Assembly (NCBI RefSeq): GCF_054482595.1
Contig: NZ_CM137008.1
DNA length: 64,000 nt
Strand: one strand, 5' to 3'
Shown here: one piece after another, positions 37,870 to 46,500 of the stretch
Position numbering within the stretch: position 1 is the first letter of the stretch
Layout: each line of letters opens with the position of its first letter
The notes under the pieces: generated by a model
The model's database searches: none
What the model saw: only the letters and a program-made list of their open reading frames with translations
What the model was told of the DNA's origin: nothing
Translations under genes and position numbers: made by a program

Positions 37870-40141
37870 GGAAAACTCCCCAGTTTTGCAGCGATGCCAG
37901 TGCCTGCTGTTCGAGTTGTTGATGATGTGCAATGGCTTGTGGTGGACAATGCAACGGCATTTGCAGCGCCGAAACGGGAAGTTGCGCCAGTTGATAATGC
38001 TCAAGCACCTGATGCGCCAGCGTCCCGCGTTCTCGTGGTGGTAGCCAGGCCATCGCCGCGCGTAAATCGGGCAGGGCATTGATAAAATTGGCATCACTCA
38101 GTTGATTTAAATGACTGCTGAAACCGGCGATAAATGCCGGCTGACAGGCCAGTTGATGACGGGCTAATGCCAGCAAACCGTGCAGCGCTTCGCCGGATTG
38201 TGCCGGGGATAACTGCGCCAGCATCGTCAGCGCCGCTTCGGCACTGGCGTTGGGATGTTCCAGACGCATCAGTGCGCCAAGAGCCGCGCCGCGATCCAGC
38301 GCCGGGGCATGGATTGCCTGACTGCGTCGCTCCAGTAAGGCTACCGCCGCAGAAAGAGAAATGCCGGGGAGCTGCACACCGCTATGCAGATCGCGCAGGA
38401 TATGACACAACGCTTGCCAGCTATGCAGGTGAGCGTGAAACTCCTTTTCATCCGGTCTGCCGTTGGATTCACACAGCCACAGCGTGCGATCGATAGCCGC
38501 GCATAACGTCGTTTGTAATATCTGCGCGCCTTGCATACCGCTAATTTCATCCAGCCGCCATAAGGCATATAGCACTTCCAGCGCCTGGCCCATTTCGGCA
38601 AATTGATTTTCCTGGGCTATTAATAATGTGAGTTGTTCCAGTAATTGTTGACTGAAGGACGCCAGACCCGCTAACGCTGCCTGGCTAAGACATGTGGTGA
38701 TACTGCCGATTCCACCCGCGTCCAGCATATCGGCTTCTAATTTATGGCGTGCGGCTTCCTGGAGTGTGGCACCAAAGCAGGCGGCCTCAATCAATGCCGC
38801 ATGCTGGCTAAGCGGGCGGGTTAATTTCCAGCGTTCTTCACCGTTGCCTGCAAGTGTCAGTGTGCTTCCCTGCTGGCGTACAATCCCTGGGATCTCCAGT
38901 ATTGCCAGCCGATGTAACACCTGACTTTGCGCTAGTCCATTGGGGTTAAAGCGATTTAAGGTAAGCTCCGCCGGAAGAGAGATTGCGGTACGTTCCAGTT
39001 CGCAGGTGACATCTTTTGGCAGAGGCGGTTGTGGCGTAGAAGGGGCAAGTTTACCGAATCCGTCACCCGCTAATGTGTCTATCAACGTTAGCAGAATCGG
39101 ATCGGTGTCGGGATGAATAACTCCGCGATAGCTCCACGGCAACGGCGCGTTCAGGGCTTCTTTAATCAGCGAGCCTGCTATGGCATCCAGCCAGTCAGTG
39201 CGTAACGGTAGTTTATGTCCGCGCAACTGTGCCAGCGCCATCGCATGCAGATGAGCGGCAGCCATATCCGCGGTCGAAGCAGGCAAGTGGTGTTGGCGCA
39301 AACGGGTAAGAACCGTTTTTAGCAGTTGTTCTCCCGCCTGCTGTAAGCCCCACTGCCAGCACCAGCTTTGCCAGACCGGGGCAGGCATTCCTGAAAGGTA
39401 TCCTGCCAGCACATCAAGGCGCTTTTCACTGTAGGGTGTGAGATAACAACCTGTAACGGCATCTGCCAGCGAGGGCAATTCTGGCTTGTTAATGTCCTGC
39501 GGGCATTCGCGCCACATTTTTGCCAGTGCCGGAGCGTGCCAGCCACCGCAGACGACTAACACGTCGCCATTATTTTGCTGCACCGCCCATGCAATCCAGC
39601 GAGCCATAAAGGCTTCGCGCTGACGATTGAGTGCATCGCCGGGGAAATCGCCCCGCAGTTGGGCAAAATAGTGCGCCAGTGCAGAGGGTAATGCAGTTTG
39701 CTGGCTTTCATCTTCGAACAAGTGATCCCACAGGGTATCGCTGTTATCCATGCGGGTGGCACGCAGCAGCAAGGTCTGGCTTTCCTCTTGCGTATCAGGC
39801 GAATCGTCCTCTTCTTCACTCTGTGCCCAGCAAGGCAAATCGATGAAGTAAGTTTGTGCCTGAATACGACGAGCGGCTTGTAGCGCCTGCCACTCCGGCG
39901 AAAATTCAGCAAATGGCGTCCAGGCACCACGCCCGGGGGCTGCACCGTCCTGATACTGGCAATAACTGTAAATAGCTACCGGAAGCTGGTGGGCTAAAAA
40001 CAGTTCGTCTACCCGGTCATTAAAATCAGCCGGGCCTTCAATCAACACGTATCGTGGCCGCTGGCTTTCGATTAACGATTTCACCAGCCGGGCGCAGGCC
40101 GGACTATGATGCCGGATGCCGACAATTAACGGCTCGCTCAT
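37862..40141 (-). CDS. yehM: Large protein of unknown function (YehM family)
   Basis: ATG at 40141 (MSEPLIVGIRHHSPACARL…, 759 aa) lies 10 nt after yehL stop; the track's 815-aa version would overlap yehL. Confidence 0.85.
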   Translation of the reverse strand: MSEPLIVGIRHHSPACARLVKSLIESQRPRYVLIEGPADFNDRVDELFLAHQLPVAIYSYCQYQDGAAPGRGAWTPFAEFSPEWQALQAARRIQAQTYFIDLPCWAQSEEEDDSPDTQEESQTLLLRATRMDNSDTLWDHLFEDESQQTALPSALAHYFAQLRGDFPGDALNRQREAFMARWIAWAVQQNNGDVLVVCGGWHAPALAKMWRECPQDINKPELPSLADAVTGCYLTPYSEKRLDVLAGYLSGMPAPVWQSWCWQWGLQQAGEQLLKTVLTRLRQHHLPASTADMAAAHLHAMALAQLRGHKLPLRTDWLDAIAGSLIKEALNAPLPWSYRGVIHPDTDPILLTLIDTLAGDGFGKLAPSTPQPPLPKDVTCELERTAISLPAELTLNRFNPNGLAQSQVLHRLAILEIPGIVRQQGSTLTLAGNGEERWKLTRPLSQHAALIEAACFGATLQEAARHKLEADMLDAGGIGSITTCLSQAALAGLASFSQQLLEQLTLLIAQENQFAEMGQALEVLYALWRLDEISGMQGAQILQTTLCAAIDRTLWLCESNGRPDEKEFHAHLHSWQALCHILRDLHSGVQLPGISLSAAVALLERRSQAIHAPALDRGAALGALMRLEHPNASAEAALTMLAQLSPAQSGEALHGLLALARHQLACQPAFIAGFSSHLNQLSDANFINALPDLRAAMAWLPPRERGTLAHQVLEHYQLAQLPVSALQMPLHCPPQAIAHHQQLEQQALASLQNWGVFHV

Positions 40142-40151
40142 GCATCTTTCC

Positions 40152-41240
40152 TCACGGCAGGCGGTGGCGGGCTTGATAATAAGCCTGCCAGTGAGCTTCT
40201 TTATGTGTGGCGACACGCTGTTCGAAGTAACGGCGCAGACGAGCGCGATCTTCTTCGTTATCTTTGACGATGGTTCCGGCAATGCAGTCCACCAGATCGG
40301 CTGGCTCACCTGCGCGATTCGCTAAAAACCAGGCGCGGACGCCCACGGCGTGGGCCACGTTCACGGCTTCAGCGGTGGACATAATCGCTGTTAGTGTATC
40401 CATTGACGTTTTCTTTTCGCCGTTGGCACGCAGATCGCGGAAGGTGCGGACCAGTAACTCCAGTACCGCGTCAGGCACTTTATGCGGAATACCGCTATGG
40501 GCCAGCAAACGCGCCGAAGCACTGGCGACAAGCTCCAGCTCCTGGGCGAAATCCATAATCGGAAAGACAGTTTCAAAATCGAAGCGACGCTTTAGCGCAG
40601 CACTCATTTCATTGACGCCGCGATCGCGGGTATTGGCAGTGGCAATAATATTAAAGCCTTCTCGCGCATAGAGCTGACTGGCTTCACCAGTGAGTTCCGG
40701 CACCGTCATCACCCTGTCAGAAAGCATACCTAACAGACAGTCTTGCACTTCCAGCGGTGTACGCGTTATCTCTTCAAAACGGACGATTTTGCCGTCGCGC
40801 ATTCCCTGGTAAAGCGGGGCAGGGACCAGCGCTTCCGTTGATGGACCATGATTGATAAGCAGGGCGTAGTTCCAGCCGTACTTGATTTGATCTTCGGTAG
40901 TAGATGCGCCGCCCTGGATGGTTAACCCGGCATCGCCGCTAATAGCGGTTACCAGTAATTCAGACAGGAGAGATTTTGCGGTGCCAGGTTCCCCCACCAA
41001 CATCAAACCGCGTCCGGTGGCAAGAGTGACTAACATACGTTCGACAGCGGAGGGACTAATCACCACTTTACGGCTAATATTTTGCGCGCTATCGCCAAGG
41101 ATAAAAGCACGGGCCGCAGGCAAACTTAACTGCCAACCGGGCGGGCAAGGTGCGTTATCATTTTGTTTTAATTTTGCCAGTTCATCGGCGTATAACACAG
41201 CAGCAGGCGGACGCTGCAGATGATTATTCTGCGGTGACAT
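40152..41240 (-). CDS. yehL: MoxR-like AAA+ ATPase
   Basis: ATG at 41240 (MSPQNNHLQRPP…, 362 aa); Walker A GEPGTAKS, sensor-1-like ATANT read directly. Confidence 0.85.
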   Translation of the reverse strand: MSPQNNHLQRPPAAVLYADELAKLKQNDNAPCPPGWQLSLPAARAFILGDSAQNISRKVVISPSAVERMLVTLATGRGLMLVGEPGTAKSLLSELLVTAISGDAGLTIQGGASTTEDQIKYGWNYALLINHGPSTEALVPAPLYQGMRDGKIVRFEEITRTPLEVQDCLLGMLSDRVMTVPELTGEASQLYAREGFNIIATANTRDRGVNEMSAALKRRFDFETVFPIMDFAQELELVASASARLLAHSGIPHKVPDAVLELLVRTFRDLRANGEKKTSMDTLTAIMSTAEAVNVAHAVGVRAWFLANRAGEPADLVDCIAGTIVKDNEEDRARLRRYFEQRVATHKEAHWQAYYQARHRLP

Positions 41241-41351
41241 ATATTCATCCCTGAAATGTATTAATGAAATAAACGATATTTTACGCGCAATAAATGTTTG
41301 GCTCATTAGTTGTTTGAGCGAAAAATATCTGGAAAGCAGATCACAGTAAAT

Positions 41352-41434
41352 AAAAAAACCTGCTGGTGAGGCAGGTTCTTTTATTTACTATTTTCAGGCC
41401 TAACACCACAGCCTGTGCAACATCGTGTTCCAAC
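41352..41434 (-). ncRNA. orzO: Antisense sRNA antitoxin of the first zor toxin copy (OrzO/OrzP type)
   Basis: Minus-strand sigma70 promoter (-35 TTGCAA 41469..41464, 17-nt spacer, -10 TATAAT 41446..41441); terminator hairpin cctgctggtgaggcagg (41359-41375) followed by U7 on minus strand; 5' 19 nt complementary to the toxin leader. O versus P copy assignment is from memory and uncertain. Confidence 0.55.
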
Positions 41435-41440
41435 GAACGA

Positions 41441-41491
41441 ATTATAACCACGGCTGGACCCCGTTGCAATTAAGATAATGAGATTTATAAT
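41441..41491. promoter_or_regulatory. Back-to-back divergent promoters of sRNA and toxin mRNA sharing one palindromic -35 hexamer
   Basis: Plus strand: -35 TTGCAA 41464-41469, 16-nt spacer, -10 TATAAT 41486-41491; minus strand uses the same TTGCAA with -10 TATAAT at 41446..41441. Confidence 0.5.
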
Positions 41492-41672
41492 CCAGACCGT
41501 TGGGACGTTGCGCCGGATCGAACCTATTTCAAGTCCTGGCTACCGGACGGGTGGTGCTTCAGGTGGTGCCCTGAGCCGGAGTGCAACATCGTGGTCCAAC
41601 ATACGTAAACCAGTATTGACAGGCAGTGTAAGGGTAAGGTGCTGGTGTTGCGCTCCTTAATAAGGAGAGCGG

Positions 41673-41762
41673 ATGGACTCGCTGACACAAAAGTTAACCG
41701 TGCTCATTGCTGTACTGGAGCTATTAGTAGCTCTGTTACGGTTGATTGATTTGTTGAAGTAA
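41673..41762 (+). CDS. zorO: Type I toxin, 29 aa (MDSLTQKLTVLIAVLELLVALLRLIDLLK), ZorO/ZorP family
   Basis: Not in ORF track; AAGGAG Shine-Dalgarno 5 nt upstream; ~175-nt leader from predicted TSS; sequence recognised as Zor toxin. Which copy is zorO and which zorP is not certain. Confidence 0.8.
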   Translation: MDSLTQKLTVLIAVLELLVALLRLIDLLK

Positions 41763-41784
41763 CGGGCAAATTGAAACGCATCTA

Positions 41785-41812
41785 AGGGGGAAAACCGCTT
41801 CCCCCTTTAATA
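41785..41812 (+). terminator. Rho-independent terminator of first zor toxin gene
   Basis: gggggaaaaccgcttccccc hairpin followed by TTTAATAAAAT. Confidence 0.6.
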
Positions 41813-41961
41813 AAATGATTACTGTTTTTATTAATTCATCATATAACTCATTTTTATTTATAAATTCATCGATTTTATATTCAACGCACCATTTGACCGG
41901 GATGTGAATATTTATGGTGGGCTATTGGCAAAAAATATCTGGAAAGTAGATCGCAGAAAAT

Positions 41962-42042
41962 AAAAAAACCTGCTGGTGAGGCAGGTTCTTTTATTTACTA
42001 CAGTGACGCTAACTTGCTGATTGTGCAACATTTCGTACCAAC
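41962..42042 (-). ncRNA. orzP: Antisense sRNA antitoxin of the second zor toxin copy
   Basis: Same architecture as copy 1: -10 TATAAT at 42054..42049, -35 TTGCAA 42076..42071, terminator hairpin 41969-41985 with U-run; 5' 18 nt complementary to cognate leader (42190-42207). Confidence 0.55.
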
Positions 42043-42048
42043 GAATAA

Positions 42049-42099
42049 ATTATAACCATATCCACACTCCATTGCAATTCAGTGAGTGAGATTTATAAT
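42049..42099. promoter_or_regulatory. Second copy of the divergent sRNA/toxin promoter pair with shared palindromic -35
   Basis: TTGCAA 42071-42076 flanked by TATAAT on plus strand (42094-42099) and on minus strand (42054..42049). Confidence 0.5.
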
Positions 42100-42280
42100 C
42101 CTGCCCGTTGGGAGGTTGTGCCGGATCGGACCAATTTTAAGTCCTGGCTGCCGGACGGGTGGTGCCGCAGGCGGTGCCCTGATCCGGAGAGCAACGTTTC
42201 GTACCAACATACGTAAACCAGTATCGACAGGCAGTGTAAGGGTAAGGTGCTGGTGTTGCGCTCCTTAATAAGGAGAGCGG

Positions 42281-42370
42281 ATGGACACGCTGACACAAAA
42301 GTTAACCGTGCTCATTGCCGTACTGGAGTTATTAGTGGCTCTGTTACGGTTGATTGATTTGTTGAAGTAA
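42281..42370 (+). CDS. zorP: Type I toxin, 29 aa (MDTLTQKLTVLIAVLELLVALLRLIDLLK), ZorO/ZorP family
   Basis: Not in ORF track; second tandem copy 608 bp downstream of the first; differs by Ser3Thr; AAGGAG SD present. Confidence 0.8.
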   Translation: MDTLTQKLTVLIAVLELLVALLRLIDLLK

Positions 42371-42393
42371 CGGGCAAATTGAAACGCATCTAA

Positions 42394-42418
42394 GGGGGAA
42401 TACCGTTCCCCCCTTTAA
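42394..42418 (+). terminator. Rho-independent terminator of second zor toxin gene
   Basis: gggggaataccgttcccccc hairpin followed by TTTAAG. Confidence 0.55.
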
Positions 42419-42479
42419 GAAAGCTATACTCGTCATACTTCAAGTTGCATGTGCTGCGACTTTAATTATCTAGAGTATA

Positions 42480-42797
42480 TTATTCTATTTCTTGGTTGAA
42501 TATATTCTGTAGTTTACGATTAAAAATTGCTATTACAGTTTCAGGTGATTCACCTCGTAATTTCCGCTCATCAATACACTCATCTCTTATATAAATCAAC
42601 GCATCATTTATTAGCGGGTCAGCATCTTCTCGATCACGTTGATGAAATGTTGAACGTAGCCGGAATCGCTCCAGTCGATAGACGGAACCTGTAAATAATT
42701 CAGAGCATTTATGGATCTCAAGTCTGAAGGAAAACGGATCTTCAGGTACAGGGACCTCATAATCGTAAATAGCAACCAGCTCTTTTTGCACGATCAT
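42480..42797 (-). CDS. yehK: Small protein of unknown function
   Basis: 105-aa ORF 61 nt downstream of yehI on the same strand; recognised as YehK. Confidence 0.75.
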   Translation of the reverse strand: MIVQKELVAIYDYEVPVPEDPFSFRLEIHKCSELFTGSVYRLERFRLRSTFHQRDREDADPLINDALIYIRDECIDERKLRGESPETVIAIFNRKLQNIFNQEIE

Positions 42798-42858
42798 CGC
42801 TTTCCCCGCTGGTAAGTCGTGTTGATAACGGGCAGTTGCATCAATGCCCGCTGTGTTT

Positions 42859-45800
42859 TTAATGGAAAATGACGTCAGGTGCGCTTAACGCCTCACTCAA
42901 ATTAAACACATCAAGTTCGGCAAAAGTGACGGATTTATTGTCACGGTACACTCGAAGAGAACGGAAGCTCATTAACGCTTTGCTATCAACATTGTAGTGG
43001 TTAAAACCGGGTGAAAACTTAAGGACCAGCCGGTACTCGCCCAGGTCATAGACAAATGCATCCTCATAGCCTGACTCCCAGCCTTTGTATCGCATTCCCA
43101 TAAGCTGCCCAACGGTAGCGGATTTACCTTCCCAGCGAGTCAGGCTGTTACTGGTTGACTCGTCAGGTGTGAGCAGCACCGTGCGCCGCGCCAACTGGCG
43201 AAAAGGCGGCATAATTTCGTAATCGGCAAAAAGCTGTGCAAATTCACTGCGCATTTCTACTGTCATTTCTAACGGGTGGGCAATGCCAATCAGAGCGTCC
43301 GCAGGCAGGTCAATTGGCTCATCTTGCGCATTGCAGAACTCCCCCTCTGCGGCCACACGAAAGGCGTTGAGTAAACAACGCGGTTCATTTGCCGGATAAG
43401 CCCCCCATATTAATCGCTGGGTAACCAGACGGGTAAAGGGATGATTAACAAACAGAGAATGAAAATCTGCCAGCGACCAGCGTCGGGTGGTACGTAGGGC
43501 CGTTTCAAGACGCGGGAGCAGGTTTTTGCTCACCTGAGTAGCATCTTTTTTTAGCCCTTTTAGTCGGGCCAGTGCCTCGGGCGCTTTCAGTTGATCGTCA
43601 TCGGCACGCAACCGGGGAACACTTTTCTGGCGAACGTTTTGTTGATCAAAGATAACCGGGTTGAGGTTTTCATCGAAGCGAACGGTAAACTGCCGGGGAC
43701 CAAAATCAAAAATCAACGCCTGCGGATCATCAAGACCTAGTGTTGGGACTAATCTGTCCGCTAACTCTTCCTGGCTTAGCCCGCGATTTTCTGCGACCAC
43801 CTGAAGAAATTCCGCTGCGTTTTCACGTAATGAAGAGGATTTCGCCCGTTGTGATACATGATGCAGCTGTATCAGCGCCATATCATTATTCATCAAGGTA
43901 AGTATATTCAGACCAATGACAGCACGGGCAGATTTGCCTTCTTGTGGCCAGGCGAGGATCTGTGTCGTCAGATCCCGAGCCGTGCTTTCGTCACCAAAGA
44001 GACTTAACGCCAGAAATGCCCAGTTGTCTTTTGCGGGGGCACCAGCTTGTTGCCACGCAGTGAAGAGATCCCAGGCAAAAGCGGCCAGCGTTTGTGGCTG
44101 GCAAAACGTTTTCAGTTGTTCCAGACCGCTATAAAAACGTCCGCCCTGGGTAAAGCGCAGCATTTCGCCGATAATTTCCAGAGCGTCATCGGTAACAGGC
44201 TGATTATTAGTGATAAGTCGCGGCCTGGACCACATTGCCGGATGCCAGAAATCAGGGGCTTTTGGAATGCGTGCCGGGTAAATGTCCATTGGACCCTGTT
44301 TCAGTAAATGCTCCAGGGCAGGCCATACATCTGTACGCTGCCAGCGGTTTGCCACGGTTTGCAGCAATTCACCATGTCCCTGTTCGTAAAGTAAACGCAG
44401 GGCAAGTAATGCAGCTTCGCTATTATCGCTGGATTTGGTGAAGACAAGAGGGATAAGTGCAGTAGCCGTATGTTCCGGCCAATGTAAAATCCACTGGCGA
44501 GCCAGATCACGCTGCACCGCGAAACGTCGCCAGACGCGGGCAACGGGCAGGGCCAGTTCTGTTGCGCCAAAATTTAAAATTAACGGAAATGTTTCTTTTG
44601 GACGATGTAAAAAAGCCAACATCAGACCTGGTAGCGCATCCAACCCGAGGATACTGAGAAAATAGTCCTCACCCGCGAACAGATGTTTTTTCTCATTGAT
44701 ACGCAGCCAGAAGGTCAAAGCCATCTCACGCGGCAACTGTGCCAATAAATACAGGTTCCAGACACTCTTTTCCGGACGATAACGTGAGTAGTTGTCATTT
44801 TCCCATATGTTAATTAACGCTTCTATGTGACCGCTGCGGAGCGCCTGTTCTGCTAATTGTGCTTCCGGGGAGTTCCAGCCATTCAGGATCTCTTCAACCC
44901 GCCCCTGGTAGTAATGCCACTGAACAATGAGTGAATTGCGTGCAGCATCCAGTTTTCCGGGGAGTATATAATTCAGAAACAGCCATACATCATCCCCAAA
45001 ACCCAGTTCCTGTAATACAACTCGCCCACTTTTTTGTTCCATGCGTTCCGCAAGAGATTCCGTGCTGAAATAACGGGCAGACTCAGTGGAGGCAAGCCAC
45101 TCTTGTTCGCCTGGTTGCCAGTAAACTTGCGGGGTTAATTCGAGCGGTGCCAAATCAAGACGTGGAGCTGTCATTTTTTTCTTACTACGCCACGGTGGTG
45201 AAACGAGGATTTCAGGCAGATTGCTGTTATCGGTGCCATCAATAACCGGTTTGGGCGGTGCCAATAAATAACTATTCAGTACTGCCCGGGCTTGAGTACT
45301 TAACCACTGCATCACCTCTTCTGCCAGTTGTGGCTGCGATGCCATCAGCGTTTGTAACAGCGTACGCCAGTATTCATCGCGTGCTTTTTGCTGGGCAGGC
45401 AGCTTTTTGTCTTCGATGATTGGATAACCAAGGCGGGCTGGTGGTTCTTTTAACGCCAGCAGTTCTGCCAGTGCCGCGAGCGTCGCGTGGGGGAAGTTTT
45501 TACTGTATTTAGCCACACGTTGCAGGCTGGGTTTGTTTTTATCAGCCACCAGTAGCAAGGTGTGGATGACCTGCGGATGGTTAATTTGTACCAACAGACT
45601 GCCGCAATCTTCTTTATGGGCATACATCGCGAGGCGCGGAATGGCTGCCAGTCCTTGTTCGCGCAAAAGGGCGGCGCAGGCCGCGTAGCCGAAGTGGTTT
45701 TTTTGTGACATGTAGCTGGCTTCGCGATCGCTAAATACGTCCAGGCCCCAGTATCGTTCGAGTTTTTTTACCGCCGTATTATCAGTAGCAACGACCTTTA

Positions 45801-46491
45801 ACCACTCCTTTGAATGGAGACTTGACCGGGAGCTTTCAAGACTGGCGAGTTCATTGGCTATTTCAGGCTTTTCCGGGAGGATCAGCGCAATAAAAGGACG
45901 GCGAATTTTGGGTATTCCTGGCAGTGCGGCAATGAGTTTATCGGCACAACGCTGCCAGCAACTTTCCTCTGCCAGCGACAGATGCTTACGCAAACGGAGA
46001 TCGAAATCGTTATAGGTCGCGGAGCCATAACCGTAGCCATAGTCCTCGTCCTGATACTGCAAAGTGACGACCAGTGAATCACTCTCATAACGCCGCGCAA
46101 TGCACTGACGCGCCATCACTACATCCGTCGCATATTCCAGCCCCTCTTGTTGGACGATTTCGTCGAGCAACTGTTGGCTGTCATTTTGCGCGATACAGGC
46201 TAGCGCCGCCATTGTCCGGGCCGGGATTGAGGGTTTGTGTTCGCCGATCAAGTTGATGGCCTGCGTGATGGCGGACTGCCACTCCAGTGAAAAATTTTCA
46301 TAACGCCAGACAATGTTTTTTTTCTTCTCAGCTTTTTGTAGCAATTCATCACCCAGTGTCTGAATGATGCTTTCAGTGATAACAGGCACTGGTTCGCCCG
46401 GCCAATTGCGATGGCTGAGTGGTGTTTTACCCTTTTTATATTTCAGTTCCAGTTGGGCGTTATCAGCCAGCCACGGTAATTCCTTGTCCAT
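42859..46491 (-). CDS. yehI: Giant DUF4132-family protein (1210 aa), paralog of MolR without the N-terminal WGR domain
   Basis: C-terminal ~450 aa strongly similar to the two upstream paralogs (e.g. AWDLFTAW…GAPAK…NWAF; LADYE…PPFRQL); recognised as YehI. Confidence 0.9.
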   Translation of the reverse strand: MDKELPWLADNAQLELKYKKGKTPLSHRNWPGEPVPVITESIIQTLGDELLQKAEKKKNIVWRYENFSLEWQSAITQAINLIGEHKPSIPARTMAALACIAQNDSQQLLDEIVQQEGLEYATDVVMARQCIARRYESDSLVVTLQYQDEDYGYGYGSATYNDFDLRLRKHLSLAEESCWQRCADKLIAALPGIPKIRRPFIALILPEKPEIANELASLESSRSSLHSKEWLKVVATDNTAVKKLERYWGLDVFSDREASYMSQKNHFGYAACAALLREQGLAAIPRLAMYAHKEDCGSLLVQINHPQVIHTLLLVADKNKPSLQRVAKYSKNFPHATLAALAELLALKEPPARLGYPIIEDKKLPAQQKARDEYWRTLLQTLMASQPQLAEEVMQWLSTQARAVLNSYLLAPPKPVIDGTDNSNLPEILVSPPWRSKKKMTAPRLDLAPLELTPQVYWQPGEQEWLASTESARYFSTESLAERMEQKSGRVVLQELGFGDDVWLFLNYILPGKLDAARNSLIVQWHYYQGRVEEILNGWNSPEAQLAEQALRSGHIEALINIWENDNYSRYRPEKSVWNLYLLAQLPREMALTFWLRINEKKHLFAGEDYFLSILGLDALPGLMLAFLHRPKETFPLILNFGATELALPVARVWRRFAVQRDLARQWILHWPEHTATALIPLVFTKSSDNSEAALLALRLLYEQGHGELLQTVANRWQRTDVWPALEHLLKQGPMDIYPARIPKAPDFWHPAMWSRPRLITNNQPVTDDALEIIGEMLRFTQGGRFYSGLEQLKTFCQPQTLAAFAWDLFTAWQQAGAPAKDNWAFLALSLFGDESTARDLTTQILAWPQEGKSARAVIGLNILTLMNNDMALIQLHHVSQRAKSSSLRENAAEFLQVVAENRGLSQEELADRLVPTLGLDDPQALIFDFGPRQFTVRFDENLNPVIFDQQNVRQKSVPRLRADDDQLKAPEALARLKGLKKDATQVSKNLLPRLETALRTTRRWSLADFHSLFVNHPFTRLVTQRLIWGAYPANEPRCLLNAFRVAAEGEFCNAQDEPIDLPADALIGIAHPLEMTVEMRSEFAQLFADYEIMPPFRQLARRTVLLTPDESTSNSLTRWEGKSATVGQLMGMRYKGWESGYEDAFVYDLGEYRLVLKFSPGFNHYNVDSKALMSFRSLRVYRDNKSVTFAELDVFNLSEALSAPDVIFH

Positions 46492-46500
46492 GCTCTTTCC

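Noticed and set aside
37862-40309. 815-aa version of yehM (and the longer track versions of yehL, yehP, dld, bglX, dusC, btsS and others)
   Set aside because: These upstream extensions overlap the preceding gene or use GTG/TTG far from an SD; internal ATGs give proteins that begin with the recognised N-termini and make tight operon junctions.
41478-41660. 60-aa ORFs (MRFIIQTVGTLRRIEPISSPGYRTGG…) at 41478-41660 and 42086-42268
   Set aside because: They lie exactly over the long 5' leaders of the two zor toxin mRNAs; their conservation is explained by the duplicated leader, and they have no SD and a low-complexity Arg/Cys-rich composition.
41320-42420. Possibility that the 608-bp tandem repeat is a CRISPR array or IS remnant
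   Set aside because: Only two long units with embedded promoters, ORF and terminators; no short regular repeat-spacer pattern, no terminal inverted repeats or transposase.
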